From Candidatus Kapaibacterium sp. (GTDB lineage Bacteria > Bacteroidota > Ignavibacteria > Kapaibacteriales > UBA2268), in NCBI GenBank assembly GCA_963665665.1, contig OY762428.1:800001-864000 (forward strand): a stretch of 64,000 nt of DNA. Reading direction: 5' to 3'. Below are positions 47,425-56,448 of the stretch, piece after piece; the first letter of the stretch is position 1, and every line of letters starts with the position of its first letter. Made by a program: the position numbers and the translations under genes. Below the pieces are notes generated by a model. It made no database searches. It saw nothing but the letters and a program-made list of their open reading frames with translations, and was not told the origin of the DNA.

Positions 47425-50089
47425 ATTTATCAATATTGTTCTGCTCCGAGCAACAAGGAGACTTTTGTATTCTGCCGTCAATATACTCTATGCGGTTAAT
47501 TACCACATTTATCCTTCTGACGGGATCCAGAGAATAATAATCATCTTCTTTACCAACGTATCCTTTATGTTTAAAATCGGCTTCAGTGTCTATTTGCCTG
47601 CCCTCAATAAAGAATATAACTGATGCATTATCAAATTTAGCTTTAAATTCCGATTCAGTGAAAAATCTGTCGGGCAGTAGAACATCGCCTGAACTTACCA
47701 AATCAGCAAAAAGCGAATCTGACATAAGTACATCGAATAATGCTTTATAACCAAAATATGCCCTTAGCCTGGAAAGATTGGCGTTATTCTCGCTAACAAG
47801 TGACGTTCCGGGTTCTACTTTTACCGGGCGAATATTATATTTTTCAGTAATATCATTATAAGATCCGGAATAATAAAATACACTCTTACTGCCGGTGTAA
47901 TCACCCTTTTTTATCGGCCTTCTATCCGAATAGCTGTTTATCTGAATTATTATTTTATTGTTGTTTCCGCCGGTTTTCAGATTCAATTCATTAAATGCGG
48001 GAAGTATATTGCTGCAAATTTCCTGTTTTATGATATTCAGATTATTGTCAACTTCCCTTGCATAGTCGCGATATTCTTCAAGCCTTACAGCATATTTCAC
48101 CCTTCTGTTACGTTTTTCTTCATCTTCAAGCCCGTACCGTTTATAGCCGAAATACTGGTTCTCAGGGTGCAGTTCAATAAAAGAAGCGCCCGCGTATTCA
48201 CGGTTTTTCAGTTCTTTTATATGTCGTTCAAGATTCTCGACAGTATTAACTTCCCAGAAACCGGTCTGGAAATATGGAATATTCCTCCTGTATTCGTCGA
48301 TATGCTCAACAAATTCCCACCGGCACGGAGGGAAATAATAGTATCGTGGTTGCAGATAAACAATATCATCAATTACAGTATCATTTTCAGCGATAAAATC
48401 CGGAAACAATTTCTGCTTAGAAAGCTCGGACATAGCCGGATGATTTACCGTGCGCATGAAAGTAGTATCAAGAATTGTCAGCGTATCGTTTACAGTTACC
48501 AGTCTTTCCATTGGTTTAATATACCCTGAAATCAGGCTGTCTCGGCTTGTTATTTCCATAAAACTAACGGTAACCGAATCGCCGTTCATGGAGATATTTT
48601 TAATTTCCAGCATTTCATTTGATTTTATCCTGTCCGTTTCGGAAGTATGGAATTTTTTATTATAATAGCTGGTATCATAGAGAGTATAATACTCGGGACT
48701 GATAACAGTATCATATTTTTCAGTTACAATTCGTTCTTGGATTTCAATTCTCGGAGGAAGAGCTTTTGGCCAGGAATAGTGGCTCATAACGCTGTCGGTT
48801 CCCTCGCAATTAATTTCGTCATACATTGAGCCGCCATAAGCTCTGTATTTCCTTCCGCTTTCAAGGCTGAACGATGCAGAGGCCGCACTTACCTTCGCTA
48901 TACTGACCTCACGTTGGTAATCAGGTGGCAGGGCTTCTCTTAATTCAATATACGGTTCTTTCACCGGGCGGCCCGGCGCTTCGGCATCAACAATATTGAT
49001 TTTAATTTCCGTTTTTGGCTGGCGGCAATTTAAATCAACGGGAAATTTGTAAAAATCAAATCCGCCTTTGGCAGCAACAAGGGTGTCAAAACTTTTTTTG
49101 AATTTCTGTTTATACCTGTTCGATGAAAAATAAAGAAAAGGCTTAACACTGTCGTTTGTTTGTTTATACGGCCTGGGAATGAATGGATAGAAATCCTTGG
49201 CGCTTTGTGAAACAGAATCCGGAAAATTTAATAACTTTTTCACTGGCGCTGTTAGCTTCAGGTTCTGCCTGTCGTAGTCAATTTCAATATTTACCGAGTA
49301 GAGGTCAAAGTCATTTATTGATGTACTGTCCCGGTCAGATGAGAATATCAAAACCGGATTGTAGCATTGACAATAAACAAATGGTGTAATTTCTGAAAAT
49401 TTAGTATTTATCTCAGGATTTATCTCGGCAAAATTCACTGGTTCAGTCCATTCCCCATTTTTTCGAAAGGCAAAGTAAAGATCAGAATTGCCACTGATAG
49501 TATCACTTCCCATATCCAGAGCCTTTTGGTATTGAAATGGAGAGCCGTAACCTTTTTTGTAATCCGGACGGTCTGATGACCATATAAGCAGGATATCCTT
49601 TCCGTTGCTTAGCGCACACGGGTGAGAATCCCAAAACCGGGAGTTAATATCCTTGCCGGGATTGGCAAAAACATATTTTTCTCCGTCCTTATCGAACTCG
49701 AAAATATCAGTACCGCCAACACCTCCGCCAATTGGAAGTTCCATGAAAAGTGCCGCGTTGGGATCCTTCGGGTGAGCTACAGATAAAAATCCATAATTCT
49801 CAGATATGAAAGATACTGCTCCTGAATTCAGCGCTCCGTCATATCCTGTTATGATTTCAAGAATTTCATTAGCAGGGATAATATTTCTTTCATTATCCGG
49901 AGATACTGCCGCGAACTCGTTAAAACATGGATCGGCATTTTTAATTGCTCCGATAGGAACCTGCGTTGGGGCAATTTCATTCTTCTTACTATTCAATATA
50001 CTGATATTACCCTCGGGAAGCACCCTGGCTTTTCTGCATGCACCAAGGATGATAAGAAACAACATAATTGTGGATATTTTATACTTCAT
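47423..50089 (-). CDS. Large lipoprotein with PD40/TolB-like propeller and degenerate OmpA-like C-terminus (PorE-like)
   Basis: Lipobox LGAC; INSRFWDSHP, WSSDRP, FSSDR, FSSNR repeats; NANLSRLRA..RRINV. Confidence 0.7.
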   Translation of the reverse strand: MKYKISTIMLFLIILGACRKARVLPEGNISILNSKKNEIAPTQVPIGAIKNADPCFNEFAAVSPDNERNIIPANEILEIITGYDGALNSGAVSFISENYGFLSVAHPKDPNAALFMELPIGGGVGGTDIFEFDKDGEKYVFANPGKDINSRFWDSHPCALSNGKDILLIWSSDRPDYKKGYGSPFQYQKALDMGSDTISGNSDLYFAFRKNGEWTEPVNFAEINPEINTKFSEITPFVYCQCYNPVLIFSSDRDSTSINDFDLYSVNIEIDYDRQNLKLTAPVKKLLNFPDSVSQSAKDFYPFIPRPYKQTNDSVKPFLYFSSNRYKQKFKKSFDTLVAAKGGFDFYKFPVDLNCRQPKTEIKINIVDAEAPGRPVKEPYIELREALPPDYQREVSIAKVSAASASFSLESGRKYRAYGGSMYDEINCEGTDSVMSHYSWPKALPPRIEIQERIVTEKYDTVISPEYYTLYDTSYYNKKFHTSETDRIKSNEMLEIKNISMNGDSVTVSFMEITSRDSLISGYIKPMERLVTVNDTLTILDTTFMRTVNHPAMSELSKQKLFPDFIAENDTVIDDIVYLQPRYYYFPPCRWEFVEHIDEYRRNIPYFQTGFWEVNTVENLERHIKELKNREYAGASFIELHPENQYFGYKRYGLEDEEKRNRRVKYAVRLEEYRDYAREVDNNLNIIKQEICSNILPAFNELNLKTGGNNNKIIIQINSYSDRRPIKKGDYTGSKSVFYYSGSYNDITEKYNIRPVKVEPGTSLVSENNANLSRLRAYFGYKALFDVLMSDSLFADLVSSGDVLLPDRFFTESEFKAKFDNASVIFFIEGRQIDTEADFKHKGYVGKEDDYYSLDPVRRINVVINRIEYIDGRIQKSPCCSEQNNIDK

Positions 50090-50349
50090 GATCAGATACA
50101 ATATTCTGTTTTACAATAAATACTAAGATATAAAAAAGAAATTGATTCTTTTCTATTTAATACGATGGAAAACACAGATTTGTTATTAAAAATGGATTGT
50201 TTATCTCGAACATAAATAATTAAATTGAAGAAATACCCTTGATCATAATTGTTTACGTGGAAATATTTAATAATTTACCTGCAATTAATTGAATTATACA
50301 TACAATTTTATCTACAAATTTATTGACTAAATTGTGAGTAATGCTAATT

Positions 50350-50497
50350 ATGGATACAACAATAATTAGGCTGGAAAAATCCGTGGACAGAAAATTTAAA
50401 AACAGTGTCTGCGTTATTCGATAAATCAATGAATTCAATCATTGAAGAAATGATAGCTGATTATCAGAAAAATGATTTTTTAGGAAGAAGCAGATAA
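50350..50497 (+). pseudogene. Frameshifted ribbon-helix-helix-like small gene
   Basis: Removing one A from the A5 run at 50398-50402 gives MDTTIIRLEKSVDRKFKTVSALFDKSMNSIIEEMIADY.. Confidence 0.45.
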
Positions 50498-50597
50498 ATC
50501 ATTTAAGAATTGAAAGCTCAAATGAAAAACTATTTTCGAATTTGAATAAATTCTGATAATGATATTTATTTTGGGATAAATTTATCAATAAACACTT

Positions 50598-50637
50598 AAA
50601 AAAAATCATCCGAAAACACCAGGTCATCGGATGATTT
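50598..50637 (-). terminator. Intrinsic terminator of purD
   Basis: AAATCATCCGA/TCGGATGATTT stem with A-tract on plus strand (T-tract on minus). Confidence 0.75.
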
Positions 50638-50657
50638 GTGCAAATAAAAAATTAAGA

Positions 50658-51932
50658 TTATATCTCAAGTCCTTTTTTAGCAATATCCCTGCGGTAGAAG
50701 GCATTTTCAAAGTCTATCATATCAACGTAGTAATAAGCTCTGTCCACAGCATCGGAAAGGCTGCTTCCCAACGCTGTTACAGACAGTACACGGCCGCCGG
50801 AAGTTATTATCTTTCCATCCTTTTCCGATGTACCAGCCTGGAAGACTATTCCACCGTCTTTTTCAGCCCTGTCAATACCTGTAATTTCATATCCCTTATC
50901 ATAGCTGCCGGGATACCCGTCAGAGGCCATGATTACTGTGCAGGCACTGGCCATACAAACATCTTTTGCCAGTGTTTTATCCAGTTCGCCATTGGCAGCA
51001 GAATAGAGCAAACCGGCAAAATCTCCTTCGAATACCGGTAGTACAACTTCTGTTTCCGGGTCGCCGAAACGCACATTGAATTCTACCACGCGCGGCTCTC
51101 CGTTCTTTATCATCAGCCCGGCGTAAAGGCAGCCTATAAAAGGCGATCCTTCAGATTGCATGCCCGCAATAGCCGGAGAAATAATATCTTTACGAACCTT
51201 ATTCAGGACATCGTCAGTAACCACAGGAGCAGGAACATAAGCTCCCATACCACCTGTATTCGGCCCTATATCGCCATCCAATGCCCTTTTATGATCCTGC
51301 GAAGGCGCCAGTGTAATAAAATCTTTCCCGTCGGCAACGGCAAGCACGGAGGCTTCCTCGCCATCCATAAATTCTTCTATAACAACTGTTTTCCCTGAAT
51401 CCCCGAAAAGCCCTGCAAACATTTCATCAAGGGCTTTGTGTGCTTCTTCCTTTGTTTCAGGAATAATAACGCCCTTGCCTGCTGCAAGCCCGTCGGCTTT
51501 GAGAACAACCGGTGCATTGAATTCATCGATAAATTTATGCGCATCAACAGCTTTGTCAGCCGGGAAAGTTTCGTAAGCGGCTGTAGGGATATTATATTTC
51601 TTCATAAATTCTTTGGCAAATCCCTTGGAAGCTTCAAGCATAGCTGCATTTTTTACAGGCCCGAAAACTTTTATACCCTTTGCGGTAAGTTCATCGGCAA
51701 TACCCTCGGCAAGAGGATTTTCCGGCCCCACCACAACAAGCTTTATATCATTTTCCCCGCAAAATGCTGCAACAGCATCAAAGTCAGAAGGATTGATATC
51801 GGCTTTTTCAGCAAGGTTGAAAATACCGGGGTTCCCCGGTGCGCAAAATAGTTTACCACAGCTTGGCGAGCCATGCAGAGCCAAAGCCAGAGCATGCTCC
51901 CTGCCACCACTGCCTATCAGTAATATATTCAT
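50658..51932 (-). CDS. purD: Phosphoribosylamine--glycine ligase
   Basis: GSGGREHA, KADGLAAGKGV, SQDHKR, NTGGMG, EFNVRFGDPE. Confidence 0.97.
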   Translation of the reverse strand: MNILLIGSGGREHALALALHGSPSCGKLFCAPGNPGIFNLAEKADINPSDFDAVAAFCGENDIKLVVVGPENPLAEGIADELTAKGIKVFGPVKNAAMLEASKGFAKEFMKKYNIPTAAYETFPADKAVDAHKFIDEFNAPVVLKADGLAAGKGVIIPETKEEAHKALDEMFAGLFGDSGKTVVIEEFMDGEEASVLAVADGKDFITLAPSQDHKRALDGDIGPNTGGMGAYVPAPVVTDDVLNKVRKDIISPAIAGMQSEGSPFIGCLYAGLMIKNGEPRVVEFNVRFGDPETEVVLPVFEGDFAGLLYSAANGELDKTLAKDVCMASACTVIMASDGYPGSYDKGYEITGIDRAEKDGGIVFQAGTSEKDGKIITSGGRVLSVTALGSSLSDAVDRAYYYVDMIDFENAFYRRDIAKKGLEI

Positions 51933-53086
51933 ATTTTATTTCCGTTATAGTTGAGAAAATCTTTAATATTATTTATTGCTTGTGTCAACGTAATAAATTC
52001 AATTTGGTCGCCAAATTCCTTTTTAATCCTATCAACTATCCTTTCAAAGTTCCTGGCATCAGGTGAATCTTTCATGTGTCCAGTTGCAATTACGGGCAAA
52101 GAATCTATCTGTTTTTGCAATTTGTTATATTCTTTAGATTTAAAAATTCTGGCGATAAGTTTTGTAAATGCTTCCGGAGGCAAATAGTCATAATCCAACT
52201 GGATAGCATTTTTTCCGGCAATAATATTTAAAAGCCAATTGATATTTTTCTTCTCGTTAGTTTTGTAGAATCTTCGATGTTTTGGGTACAGTTCATCTTT
52301 GATTTTATTTCTGTTTTCAAACCAGCTTTTATCATCTTTTGAGTATGATGCATTCAGAAACAATCTGTAATATAATTCTGGCAGAAATTTCCAAACAATT
52401 TTAGAATCTGTAATAATTTCGGAAAAAATTGGTATTTCAATTATTCCCTTCCCATTCAAATCTTTTGTGGTAACTGTTTTTCCGGATGTTATCCATGGAA
52501 TAATATTTGAGAATGCATTACTGAAGTCGTATAAACCTTTGTTTACAAGTCCTTTAGTAACCGATACATCACAAATTATACCATTAGTGACCATGGAATC
52601 AATTATGTATTCAGCCGGCTCAATATAGTAACCACCTGCCCTGAAAGCTATACATGAATAATCATGTTTCACCTTCCTGATTAGTTCTTCCAGATATTCT
52701 TTACCATTTGTAATTATTTGATGAATTGTTTCCTTATCCAGATCAGCAATTCTTGATATCCCGATATTGACTTTCCATTCGGCATTTTTATATTCTGCTC
52801 CAAGCCATTGAGGATGCAAATGCAACTGGACGTCATGCCCTTTCTGAATTGTATCCTGAATTGTTCTATCCCAATCCTCAGCTACTTTTTCCAGGTCCGG
52901 ATTGCTCACTGAAAATTTATGATGATAAAGCTGTTGCAATACTTCAGCCATCAGAGTTAGTTTAATATCATTATTTTCACAAACTTCAAAAAAATCATAT
53001 AATGGTTTTTTTTGAATTTGGAAATAATTACCGGATCCGTCCCCGAATAATTCCCAGTCATTTGTGAAAACAATTGAAAGTTTCAT
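51929..53086 (-). CDS. Polysaccharide deacetylase-like (NodB-fold) protein
   Basis: FTNDWELFG, GHDVQLHLHPQW, AFRAGGY. Confidence 0.78.
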   Translation of the reverse strand: MKLSIVFTNDWELFGDGSGNYFQIQKKPLYDFFEVCENNDIKLTLMAEVLQQLYHHKFSVSNPDLEKVAEDWDRTIQDTIQKGHDVQLHLHPQWLGAEYKNAEWKVNIGISRIADLDKETIHQIITNGKEYLEELIRKVKHDYSCIAFRAGGYYIEPAEYIIDSMVTNGIICDVSVTKGLVNKGLYDFSNAFSNIIPWITSGKTVTTKDLNGKGIIEIPIFSEIITDSKIVWKFLPELYYRLFLNASYSKDDKSWFENRNKIKDELYPKHRRFYKTNEKKNINWLLNIIAGKNAIQLDYDYLPPEAFTKLIARIFKSKEYNKLQKQIDSLPVIATGHMKDSPDARNFERIVDRIKKEFGDQIEFITLTQAINNIKDFLNYNGNKI

Positions 53087-53087
53087 T

Positions 53088-53960
53088 TTAATACTTTGAA
53101 TAAATTGAAATATTCTTCTCTTTTGCTAAGTTTACCATGTAATCAAACATTTTTTTTCCATCAGCCCTGAAAAAATTCATCCCTTTATAATCAATATCCT
53201 CGCATATAGCATCGGGAATATATGTCTTAAAAAATTTTGGAAGATCGAAATTCATCTTCGACATATCATGAGTATATGTTTCAACATAATTCACATTTTT
53301 ATTATAGTCAATGCACTTCACACGAAACAGTTGATCATGGTATGGCCTAACCGGAAAAGTTTCCCTCAAAAAATCATCAACAGTATGAACACAGGACAGA
53401 TATGTTGTTTTTACACCTAACCCGACAATTATGGCATTATATTTAAAAATTTTTTGATAGGGACTGTTTGAATCATAAGGATAAGGTGACTTGGAATGTT
53501 CTGAAGTCAATTCTTCAGCCAACGGCCCAATAGCACAAACAGATTTAGTAGGATGCAAACTCCTTTTACTATTTCTCTGCTTTCTCGCAAATTCGCTTAA
53601 TATACCGGTATAAGACGGTGTTTTTTTTATGTCAAAGGTATTTCCTGATTTCAAAAATTCATAGGAATTTACAGGTGGATAAGTTGGGAACAACATGGTT
53701 CCGTTTTCTCCAATAACTTTCCTTAACAGGAACAAAACACGAAAAAAAGGAAAATTTAAATTCAATTGATCAACTGAGCCATGAATAAAAACAACATCTC
53801 CGTCCTTTAAAAGAAGATTATCTCTAAGAATTGATTCAAACTCTGGTTCATCAATTTCCGGTAGAGATTTAATGTAATCCTGTTGTTTCTCTCTTTGTTT
53901 CTGTTTAACCTTATCTTTTATAAATTCAGGTACCAATTTTTTTAATTTATATAATCCCAT
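53088..53960 (-). CDS. AAC(3) family N-acyltransferase
   Basis: GDVVFIHGS, GTMLFPT, TGILSEFAR, RSLHPTKS. Confidence 0.85.
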   Translation of the reverse strand: MGLYKLKKLVPEFIKDKVKQKQREKQQDYIKSLPEIDEPEFESILRDNLLLKDGDVVFIHGSVDQLNLNFPFFRVLFLLRKVIGENGTMLFPTYPPVNSYEFLKSGNTFDIKKTPSYTGILSEFARKQRNSKRSLHPTKSVCAIGPLAEELTSEHSKSPYPYDSNSPYQKIFKYNAIIVGLGVKTTYLSCVHTVDDFLRETFPVRPYHDQLFRVKCIDYNKNVNYVETYTHDMSKMNFDLPKFFKTYIPDAICEDIDYKGMNFFRADGKKMFDYMVNLAKEKNISIYSKY

Positions 53961-55296
53961 CTTTCTTCCTTAACTTTTTAAACCTGTCTCCGTGCTGCTT
54001 TTCTGAAGTAAATTGAATTTTTACCGGGACTTTATAATTTTCGACTTTGCTTTTGCAAAATTTTTGAATTTTTTTCTTTAACAATTTTTTATCAACAACA
54101 CTATCATTAATAGTAATTTTTGCACAAACAATATTACCCATAATACTATTTGCTTCTCCATAAACAGTAGCTTCAATTACCTCATCAATTTCCTGCAACA
54201 AGTTTTCAACTTCGGCCGGATAAACTTTTTCACCTCCGACATTTATTATTTCTGTTTCCCTGCCAAGAATTTTCAAAAAGCCATCTTTTTCTTCTACTTT
54301 ATCTCCTGTTATAAACCAGCCGTCTTCAGTAAACGGACTTGGAGCATTAATATATCCTAACATTGATGTAGAAGCCTTTATTTGAAGAATCCCTTCCACA
54401 ACTCTGATATCAGAAATTTGATCACCAAGTTTTATAAAAGTCGAAGTATTTGATTTTGATCTTGATCTGAGCGTACCTGTTTCAGTTGTTCCATATTTTT
54501 GAATGATCTTAATATCCGGAAAAATCTCATTGACCTTGTTCAACGTAAAATCAGACATAGGTTCAGTACCGTATGTAATATATTTTATAGACGATAAGTC
54601 AAATTTTTTATAATCTTCACTTAATAACATCATATTCAAAAAAGAAGGTGTGGCGGGCAGCACTTCAACTTTCCATTTTTCAACAAGGGAAAGAATATTT
54701 CTTGGTGATCGGTCATTTACGATAACAATCGTACTGTTATTGGATAATGAATAAAACAATGTATCAATACCACCAATATGGTCATAATACATAAACACAA
54801 GTGTTCGCAAATCCTTACCAGGTTGTTCAAATTTCTTTAGTAAATAAAATAAATCATGAACAGCAGCCTTACTTGTCCCGGTTGACCCGGATGAAAACAA
54901 TACCAGGCCGGAAGATTTTTTATTACGTATTTGATTATATAGCTCAATATCTGAATTACTGAATTTTATTACTTCTGGTTTGTTGTTTTTAAAAACAACT
55001 CTGTAATCAGGATGAGCAATATCCAGATAATTATTAATTTGATTTTCATCAATCAACGTTATAGGTATAGAAATCATATTGTTCTGAATACAAGCCAGAA
55101 AAAATGCTATTGAGTAAGGTGTCATCTCTGACTCTATACTAACAACACTGCCCTTAGGAATTTTTTGAGTAATAAAACTTGAAAAGTTAACAATTTTTGT
55201 CAAAAAAAAAGAATAATTAAAAGGGAAATCATCCCAAATTATTGCCTCTTTATCTGGGTTCAATCTAAATTCTTCAATCAATCTGTCTAACAGCAT
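53947..55296 (-). CDS. ANL-family adenylation enzyme (acyl-CoA/ACP ligase)
   Basis: FSSGSTGTSK, YGTTE, TGD, GRETEIINVGGEKVYPAEVE, YKVP. Confidence 0.9.
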   Translation of the reverse strand: MLLDRLIEEFRLNPDKEAIIWDDFPFNYSFFLTKIVNFSSFITQKIPKGSVVSIESEMTPYSIAFFLACIQNNMISIPITLIDENQINNYLDIAHPDYRVVFKNNKPEVIKFSNSDIELYNQIRNKKSSGLVLFSSGSTGTSKAAVHDLFYLLKKFEQPGKDLRTLVFMYYDHIGGIDTLFYSLSNNSTIVIVNDRSPRNILSLVEKWKVEVLPATPSFLNMMLLSEDYKKFDLSSIKYITYGTEPMSDFTLNKVNEIFPDIKIIQKYGTTETGTLRSRSKSNTSTFIKLGDQISDIRVVEGILQIKASTSMLGYINAPSPFTEDGWFITGDKVEEKDGFLKILGRETEIINVGGEKVYPAEVENLLQEIDEVIEATVYGEANSIMGNIVCAKITINDSVVDKKLLKKKIQKFCKSKVENYKVPVKIQFTSEKQHGDRFKKLRKKDGII

Positions 55297-56003
55297 TAAA
55301 CCCCGCCAAGATAAATCGTTTGTCCGGTAATAAAATCTGATTCTTCTTTGATAAAGAAATCAATGGCATTTGATACATCTCTGAATTCACCCAATCTTTT
55401 TATCGCCTGCCTGTTTATTAGGGCATCCATTTTTTCCTTGGGTACCGACCTGATCAAATCAGTAGCAATCGGAGTAGGGCCAACAGCATTAACTGTTATG
55501 CCACTATCGGACAGTTCTCTGGATAAAACTTCAGTAAGGCTGACTATTGCTGCTTTTGAAGCGGCATAAGCTGCTTCGCCTTCAAGTTTCAGAGGAGTAG
55601 CTACAGTTGCAAAATTAACAATCCTGCCAAATTTATTTTTTGTCATAAGCTTTGCCGCTTCACGACAAAAAAGGAAAGTACCAAAGACATTCGTACTGAA
55701 AATTTTATTTATTGTACTTAAGGGTGTCAAAAGAAAATGATTCATTGATGCTATTCCTGCATTGTTCAAAAGTATATCAACTTTTCCGAATTTCTTTCTA
55801 ATCCCTGAGAACATTCTCCTGACACTGATTTCGTCAGAAACATCTAACGAATAATGCTGATAATCATCATTAATTATAGAACCATCTCCCCTACTACACC
55901 CTACAACAATACAATCGGCTTCAAGATAATATTCCGCCAGATATTTTCCTATCCCTTTTCGAGTTCCCGTTATTACAACAACTTTCTTCAATTTCTTAAC
56001 CAA
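55296..56003 (-). CDS. SDR oxidoreductase (FabG-like)
   Basis: TGTRKGIG, NNAG, YAASK. Confidence 0.9.
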   Translation of the reverse strand: MVKKLKKVVVITGTRKGIGKYLAEYYLEADCIVVGCSRGDGSIINDDYQHYSLDVSDEISVRRMFSGIRKKFGKVDILLNNAGIASMNHFLLTPLSTINKIFSTNVFGTFLFCREAAKLMTKNKFGRIVNFATVATPLKLEGEAAYAASKAAIVSLTEVLSRELSDSGITVNAVGPTPIATDLIRSVPKEKMDALINRQAIKRLGEFRDVSNAIDFFIKEESDFITGQTIYLGGV

Positions 56004-56286
56004 TTAGTGATTGAACATATTCTGCAAGGGTTGTTACTGTTCTAAAAGGACTGTTTTTCAGAGACATAGCCTTTTCATCAGCGAGAGTGATTGTTTCATC
56101 AAGTTCTTCATCTACAATATTTTCAACTGCTACAATCAAATTTACCAGTCCAAGTGAATCTAACTTACCGTCAGTTCCAAATAAAATTGTATCAGGAGTC
56201 TTCTCCAGTTTTCTTGATTTAGGAAGTTGGTCGTTAATTTCCTCTATAGCATCGTATATAACTTTAATTATTTTTTCTTTATCCAT
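55996..56286 (-). CDS. Acyl carrier protein
   Basis: LDSLGLV phosphopantetheine site; acidic helical 96-aa protein. Confidence 0.85.
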   Translation of the reverse strand: MDKEKIIKVIYDAIEEINDQLPKSRKLEKTPDTILFGTDGKLDSLGLVNLIVAVENIVDEELDETITLADEKAMSLKNSPFRTVTTLAEYVQSLIG

Positions 56287-56448
56287 TATATAATGTCCAA
56301 TTATTTCCATTTGTAATTAACTAAGAAACAAATATAAGAAATAAATTTTTTTTTTCATTTTAACATTTGCTTTAATTGTTTTTTTTTAATAAATTATTGA
56401 AGTTAATATATATACACTATTGTTCTATTCATTGAAAAAGAGGAAAAC

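Noticed and set aside
50060-50600. Replication origin
   Set aside because: AT-rich with only mismatched DnaA-box-like words and no dnaA-type context; TTATCCACG elsewhere belongs to a REP
53088-53960. Aminoglycoside resistance gene
   Set aside because: Context with ACP, adenylation enzyme and SDR favours glycan acylation
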